From Fibrobacteria bacterium (GTDB lineage: Bacteria; Fibrobacterota; Fibrobacteria; UBA11236; JADFYW01), in assembly GCA_050294405.1 (NCBI GenBank), contig JBNKOC010000024.1, positions 1-64,000 on the forward strand: 64,000 nt of DNA. Direction: 5' to 3'. Position numbers and translations under genes: made by a program. Under the pieces are notes generated by a model. That model was not told where the DNA came from, made no database searches, and saw nothing but the letters and a program-made list of their open reading frames with translations. Below are positions 58,750 through 64,000 of this stretch, piece by piece (the stretch's first letter is position 1; each line of letters opens with the position of its first letter).

Positions 58750-61152
58750 TCAATTCAACGTTTCCGCTTGAGCCATTAACTGCTCTGTAACTGTATTATC
58801 GCCTTCCCTGGGGCTTCCAGGATGGATACATTTTGCCGGGCATTTTGTGGCCGCTTTTACAAGTTCTGCAAAAGTCCCCTGGCTGGCGTCGGCAATTTCC
58901 GCCTGTTTGTCTGAATTGTATTTAAACAATCTATTGTTAACGTTGATACAATCATTACATGATGTACACAACTCAGAATCAATGTAGGGTTCTAAACTTT
59001 GTGGAGTTTTTGGTTTTGCTACTTCGGGAATTCCTTCTTCTTTAACTTGCGGACTCTCACTTGGCTCTAAATTTTCTACAGCCTTCGGTTCTTCCTGGGC
59101 CGCCACAGAAGGCGTGGAAGAGCCAGACATCTGATTTATGTTTAAATTGAGAAGTCCTTCTGCTAATTTCTCTAATGCAATCCCAGCCTCCTTACTCCTT
59201 ACTTCTTCCAATTCTTCTGCATGTTTGGACTTAAGCTGCTCCATTTCCAATTGAAATTTTTGTTCAATTTGTTCAGTAATCTCCTGTTTAGTTTTCTCAG
59301 CGTAATAATTGTGAACTCCGCCTAATTCCTGCAACCGTTTCCATTGGCCTAAAAGAACATTGCTAAAGGCTAAAATCCCCCTGGAAACTCCAAATCTTAA
59401 TCTTTCGCCATTAAAATTTTCCATGTTAATAACAGGAAAACTGTTGGCGCTTTGGTTGTCTTGATTATTTAAATAATTGTGCAGTTCTAATTCGCCATCC
59501 AAAGATTCTAAGGAGCTGATTTGTAAAAAATCATGTTCCCATTCCGTTTCAAGTAAAAGGTAATCCGCAGGAGTAACACGTTTCTCTGCATTTAAAATAG
59601 CCCAATCCGAATTTAAATCCGGGTTGCAATTAATGGAAAAACTCTGGGAAAAGCCTTTTTCTTCATTAGGAGAATATTTCAAATAAGGAGTAAGCCGTGA
59701 TTTATAGGCCAAATCCATTTTATAAAAGGCCGTTTTCGAATCCACCTTTTCCGGACTTACACAACATATGGACATTCCCATTCCTTTTGCTTCCGAAAAA
59801 CTATCTAGGCTTTCAATAAGGGATAGCGAATCACAACTGTTTACATGGGACACAAAACAGTTGAGTCCAAAAACCTGCTTTAGCGCAAAATTAACATTAT
59901 TAATTTGAAAACCATTTGAGCCCTTTATTAACAAATCAGGCAAAGTGTAATCCATAATAAATTTTATAGGATATTCGGCATTCAAATTTGGGTAGTATTC
60001 TTCGTCTTTTAGGTTTTGATAAACAATTATTTCCGGCAGCAGCCTTGTTTCCAATTGGCCATTAAAATCCCATTGAATGGATTCTAAATAAACCGGATGA
60101 ATTTCCTCCACATAGGCTTCATTTACTTCAATTTGCGCTAATTTTATGGCTTTAATTAAATCGGTAAAGCTATTAGATATTTGTTTTAAATACCCGACAG
60201 CTGCTGACAATGGCTTTGGGGTTTTTTCCAGTTTAACATATTGAGGGTCCAGCAATACATCAGCACATTTTTTAGAGGAATAAACCATAAGAGTTGGCTG
60301 GGTTTCCAGATTTTTAATTCCCGAATTCAGCTGGACTAAAGCATTTTCCATGGCTTCAAGGCGCTTTGGATTTATTAACTTGGCGCCTTTGTATTTAGGG
60401 AGTGATTTAGCCAGTTTTTCTATGTTTACTCCCTGCAACTGCTCCATTGCCTTGTTGGCCCCTTTTTTCTTGACAGCTGAACCAAAATGAGATCTATGTA
60501 TATCGATTAAATCTTTTAGTTTTGCCGCCAGTTCTTTTAATTCATTATGAATAAGCGTTTTTTCTTTTATTTTCTTTGATTGAAAAATTTGAAGGCTTGT
60601 TTGAAAATGAATGTTACTGCTAAAAGGCACAACATTCCCCTCATCAGGCAAATGTTTTAAAATTTCTGAAATCTCATCAAGCAAATTTTTCTTTGACTCG
60701 GGACTTGTCTCAAATTCATTTAAATATTGCTCAGCAAGCTCCCGATTTACATCAGGGCTGGAATTTAAGCAATAACTTTTTTGAGAGGCAAGCTGGTATT
60801 TTTCCACCCATAAATTCAGAGAATGGGCCAAGGCCTCAAGTGGAGAGCCTGGTTCCGGTTCATTTTTGACCTGATGTATAGCTTCTTCAAGCAAATTATA
60901 AATAGGTTTTGACGAATAGGTATTTCCATTGGCATTTATATATATTGGGTAGTTTCCCAGGATGTTCGAATTGAAATTAATTTCTGGAATATTAAGAGGT
61001 GTATAACCAGAATTCTCAGGTTTTTTACCTAAATAAAAAAATTGGGCCAAATCCGAGAGCCCCATATCTGTGCTTTTTTCCCCTCCGCCCTCCTTTTTAG
61101 AACTACCGGAAGAGGATTTTTTTTCTATTTCCATGGAAACATTAGATTTCAT
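58750..61152 (-). CDS. 800-aa protein with PFOR C-terminal-like remnants, coiled coil and a terminal [4Fe-4S] ferredoxin
   Basis: LAYKSRLTPYLKYSP and VTPADYLLLE echo the PFOR C-terminus; WKRLQELGG; coiled coil and P/E linker; CTSCNDC...KCPAKCIHPG. Confidence 0.75.
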   Translation of the reverse strand: MKSNVSMEIEKKSSSGSSKKEGGGEKSTDMGLSDLAQFFYLGKKPENSGYTPLNIPEINFNSNILGNYPIYINANGNTYSSKPIYNLLEEAIHQVKNEPEPGSPLEALAHSLNLWVEKYQLASQKSYCLNSSPDVNRELAEQYLNEFETSPESKKNLLDEISEILKHLPDEGNVVPFSSNIHFQTSLQIFQSKKIKEKTLIHNELKELAAKLKDLIDIHRSHFGSAVKKKGANKAMEQLQGVNIEKLAKSLPKYKGAKLINPKRLEAMENALVQLNSGIKNLETQPTLMVYSSKKCADVLLDPQYVKLEKTPKPLSAAVGYLKQISNSFTDLIKAIKLAQIEVNEAYVEEIHPVYLESIQWDFNGQLETRLLPEIIVYQNLKDEEYYPNLNAEYPIKFIMDYTLPDLLIKGSNGFQINNVNFALKQVFGLNCFVSHVNSCDSLSLIESLDSFSEAKGMGMSICCVSPEKVDSKTAFYKMDLAYKSRLTPYLKYSPNEEKGFSQSFSINCNPDLNSDWAILNAEKRVTPADYLLLETEWEHDFLQISSLESLDGELELHNYLNNQDNQSANSFPVINMENFNGERLRFGVSRGILAFSNVLLGQWKRLQELGGVHNYYAEKTKQEITEQIEQKFQLEMEQLKSKHAEELEEVRSKEAGIALEKLAEGLLNLNINQMSGSSTPSVAAQEEPKAVENLEPSESPQVKEEGIPEVAKPKTPQSLEPYIDSELCTSCNDCINVNNRLFKYNSDKQAEIADASQGTFAELVKAATKCPAKCIHPGSPREGDNTVTEQLMAQAETLN

Positions 61153-62095
61153 AACGAGCCAGCTCTTTTTCTAGGTTTTCCAATTTTTCTTCATTGGTCA
61201 TGCCCAAACCTTTTTGGCTAAAATCTTCATAATGATCCGCGTTTTCATTTTTGTAAAAAAGTCCAATGGGATACAATTCCGTATTGGCTGCCAAATCTCT
61301 AGCTTCATTTAAATCAGAAGGATCGTGTGGAATTCTGTTGGTGAATATTTTTTGAAGAGAATCCGGCACTTCAATACCATTTGGGTGTTCCATTAGCTGA
61401 AGCAATTCGGGATCCCTTTGGCAGGGTTCATAAACTTCTGAGGTGTAATGCGGGCATCGCTGCAATATGCGCACAAAGCTAAAACCTCGATGTTTATAAG
61501 CTGCATGAAGCGTGTTATATAGATGAATGGGGTTCCAATCAACAGTTTGAGCCACAAAAGAGGCGTTTTCAATTCCCAATGTTACCGAAATGGGATTGAT
61601 GGGGTTTAAATATGCCCCGGTGGGATGGGTGTTGCTGTGTTTTCCTTTTTTAGTGGTGGGACTGGTCTGTTTTTTAGTAAGGCCGTATATGTTATTATCT
61701 AATAACATAACGGTCATATTCATATTATAGCGAATGGCATGTATCCAGTGGGCAGTCCCGATGGCGCAACAATCGCCATCCCCTGTCGCCACAAAAATAT
61801 GAAGGTCAGGCCTTCTGCTGCGAACCCCACAAGCAACGGGAAAGGCCCTGCCATGCAAGCCGTGAAAACCATAGGTTTTCATGTAATGGGGAAAGCGACT
61901 GGAACAGCCAATTCCAGACACCACCACGGTTTTTTCAGGGGGCAGCTGTTCTGCGCGGCATATTTTTTGGACAGCAGATAAAACCGGCAAATCTCCGCAT
62001 CCCGAACACCACCTCGCTGTGGCTCCCTCATAGTCAGAAAGAGAAAAAAATTGAGGACGTGGGGATATGGCCCAATCCGTATTAAATCCAATCAT
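61142..62095 (-). CDS. korB: 2-oxoacid:ferredoxin oxidoreductase beta subunit (TPP-binding)
   Basis: WCSGCGD, SGIGCSS, HGRA, TGDGD...NNIYGLTK.Q.SPT, LQRCP. Substrate specificity cannot be read from sequence, so the symbol is family-level. Confidence 0.92.
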   Translation of the reverse strand: MIGFNTDWAISPRPQFFSLSDYEGATARWCSGCGDLPVLSAVQKICRAEQLPPEKTVVVSGIGCSSRFPHYMKTYGFHGLHGRAFPVACGVRSRRPDLHIFVATGDGDCCAIGTAHWIHAIRYNMNMTVMLLDNNIYGLTKKQTSPTTKKGKHSNTHPTGAYLNPINPISVTLGIENASFVAQTVDWNPIHLYNTLHAAYKHRGFSFVRILQRCPHYTSEVYEPCQRDPELLQLMEHPNGIEVPDSLQKIFTNRIPHDPSDLNEARDLAANTELYPIGLFYKNENADHYEDFSQKGLGMTNEEKLENLEKELARYEI

Positions 62096-63987
62096 TTGGA
62101 TACCTCCGTATTCATTTTTTCCCGGATAACATCTTCTATGACTCCAGGGCTTAAAGGGATTCCAGGAACCCGCGACCAGGAGTCCACATCCACTAAAGTT
62201 TGACTGCGTAACAATGAGGCCAGTTGGGCGTAGCGTCTTTCTGAAAGGCTATCCCCCAAAGATTCCACAGGATCGCTGTAATTGATTTCCACAGTCATTA
62301 CCTTTTTAAATTTCGAAAAGATTTCCTTTAAACCTGGTTCCATAGGAAACAAATACCTCAGATGTATGGAGCTTACTTTTTTGCCTTCCTCGCGAAGCCT
62401 ATCCACAGCCTCTTCTATAGCCCCTAAAGTGGAACCCCAGCCAACTATTAGCATATCACCACTGGCATCCCCGTGGATTTCCGGCGGATTCAAGGACTTT
62501 TGAAAAGTACGGAATTTCGCACTTCGTTTTTCCATGCTATGTTGGTTAGCTGACGACTGGTAAGCAATTTTGCTTAGGGAATTATGGGCCAAGCCAGTTA
62601 ATACATAGTTTCCATTTTTTTGCCCGGGAATAGGACGTTGAGATAACCCTGTCTCTTCATCCCAATCAAAGGGCTTCACCTCTGGATCCCAGGGAGATTG
62701 ATCAATGGGTGGAGACAGCCAGGATTCGTCCAGCTTTGGTTTGGGAAAAGGTTGCACTCCTGTTGCCAAATTAGCATCCGTCAATACAATAACCGGACCC
62801 CTAAAAAGCTCCGCCAATTTTCGGGCTGTTACCATAAAGTGAAAACATTCCTCAATGGTGGCCGCCGCCATCACAATTTTTGGAGAATCTCCGGGAGAAG
62901 CATTTAAACTTGCCAACAAATCGCCTTGTTCCACTCTGGTGGGTAAACCTGTGGAAGGTCCACCCCGTTGCACATCCACTATAACCAGAGGAATTTCTGC
63001 CATCACGGCTAAACCAATAAACTCTGTTTTTAAAGCCAAGCCTGGACCCGATGTTATGGTCAAGGCGGTTTTGCCGGCATAAGAAGCCCCGATAGCAAAA
63101 CCTATGGCTGCAATTTCATCTTCGGCCTGATGGACAAAGCCACCCACTTTTTCAAACACGCTGGCTAAATAATGTGAAGCGGATGTTGCCGGAGTTATGG
63201 GATACATGGAGCACAATTCGAAACCTGCTGCCATAGAACCCAACGCGATAGCCTGATTTCCGTTGCTCACCAGCAAGGGCTCCGGGTTCGGTTTAACAGG
63301 CACTTCAAATTGAATACCCAGGTTTTCCTCAGCCCATTTGAAGCCAGCATCAAGCAAAGCCAGGTTAGAGTCAATTACCTTTTGCCCTTTGCGAAAAAAC
63401 TTTCGACTCACTTCCTCTTTTACAAGACCCATGTCTCTGGAATACATAAAACTCAACAAACCTAAAACCCAAATATTTTTACCTCTTCTTGGATCTGGCA
63501 CAATTTTCAAGCAATCCTCTTCCATGGGAATTTCAATAACCTCGTATCCCTTGGATGCAAAATCTTTTACAGCGGATTTATAAGACTCCTGTATAGCGGT
63601 ATCTGGATCGTTTTGCCATTTATTTTCCAACAACAACAAAGTGCCTTCCTTAAAGGCGCCCACATCAATTCGGCTGTAGGGAACTTGCTCGTTTAAAGCA
63701 ACCACAACATCGGCGCAGTCCCCCATATTCCCCACGGGATTAGTGCCTAAGCGGATGCGGTTTCCACTGGCGCCTTCTTTAGAACGCTGGGGTGGTTCAA
63801 TTTCTGCAGGAATGATTTCCACCGTCCAAACTCCATTTCCCATTTTGGCGCTAACGATTCCGAAAATTTGGCCGGCCGTTTGGGTGCCTTCACCGGAATC
63901 ACTAACGATTTCTAAAATATGTTGAGGGACAGTTTTAATATCTGTCTTCTTGTTTAGAGCATTTTGCTCCAGCGACTGAACATTCAT
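62092..63987 (-). CDS. korA: 2-oxoacid:ferredoxin oxidoreductase alpha subunit (gamma-alpha fusion)
   Basis: SDSGEG gamma domain, YPITPA, EDEIAA, TSGPG, QRGGPSTG.PT, GWGST. Symbol is family-level. Confidence 0.92.
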   Translation of the reverse strand: MNVQSLEQNALNKKTDIKTVPQHILEIVSDSGEGTQTAGQIFGIVSAKMGNGVWTVEIIPAEIEPPQRSKEGASGNRIRLGTNPVGNMGDCADVVVALNEQVPYSRIDVGAFKEGTLLLLENKWQNDPDTAIQESYKSAVKDFASKGYEVIEIPMEEDCLKIVPDPRRGKNIWVLGLLSFMYSRDMGLVKEEVSRKFFRKGQKVIDSNLALLDAGFKWAEENLGIQFEVPVKPNPEPLLVSNGNQAIALGSMAAGFELCSMYPITPATSASHYLASVFEKVGGFVHQAEDEIAAIGFAIGASYAGKTALTITSGPGLALKTEFIGLAVMAEIPLVIVDVQRGGPSTGLPTRVEQGDLLASLNASPGDSPKIVMAAATIEECFHFMVTARKLAELFRGPVIVLTDANLATGVQPFPKPKLDESWLSPPIDQSPWDPEVKPFDWDEETGLSQRPIPGQKNGNYVLTGLAHNSLSKIAYQSSANQHSMEKRSAKFRTFQKSLNPPEIHGDASGDMLIVGWGSTLGAIEEAVDRLREEGKKVSSIHLRYLFPMEPGLKEIFSKFKKVMTVEINYSDPVESLGDSLSERRYAQLASLLRSQTLVDVDSWSRVPGIPLSPGVIEDVIREKMNTEVSK

Positions 63988-64000
63988 AATGCGCACTCAT

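Noticed and set aside
53769..61152. Calling the two degenerate PFOR-like genes pseudogenes
   Set aside because: Both frames are uninterrupted, translationally coupled and keep complete Fe-S motifs. Relaxed selection is possible, but no lesion is visible.
48861..64000. Nitrogen-fixation-associated rnf cluster
   Set aside because: Sigma-54 plus rnf is suggestive, but there are no nif genes or rnfH here, and the promoter drives the hemerythrin gene, not rnf.

Overview
Gene-dense, AT-rich bacterial chromosomal window. I saw no rRNA, tRNA, CRISPR array or transposase. A TIGR02147-family gene, a Fibrobacter-succinogenes-major-domain (FISUMP) protein and a DCGD-type GH9 point to a Fibrobacterota-like organism (inference). 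Left third: a porin / small substrate-binding protein / MCP sensing operon, a porin / FMN-binding protein / membrane protein operon preceded by a Fur-box-like palindrome, a Lol-like ABC export cluster, a second MCP and two c-type cytochromes. Middle: secreted hydrolases (two GH9 cellulases, M6 protease, lactonase, esterases), many with T9SS-like C-terminal tails. Right end (49.4-64 kb) is the most unusual part. It is one tightly coupled operon: 2-oxoacid:ferredoxin oxidoreductase alpha and beta, an 800-aa PFOR-derived ferredoxin protein, rnfB, a ~1380-aa PFOR-derived protein that lacks the TPP and proximal-cluster motifs but keeps two [4Fe-4S] motifs, rnfCDGEA, and a 47-aa TM/Cys-rich ORF. It converges on a hemerythrin gene with a sigma-54 promoter. 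I propose a candidate OFOR-Rnf super-complex scaffolded by pseudo-enzyme subunits. All family calls come from motif recognition by eye; no database search was run.
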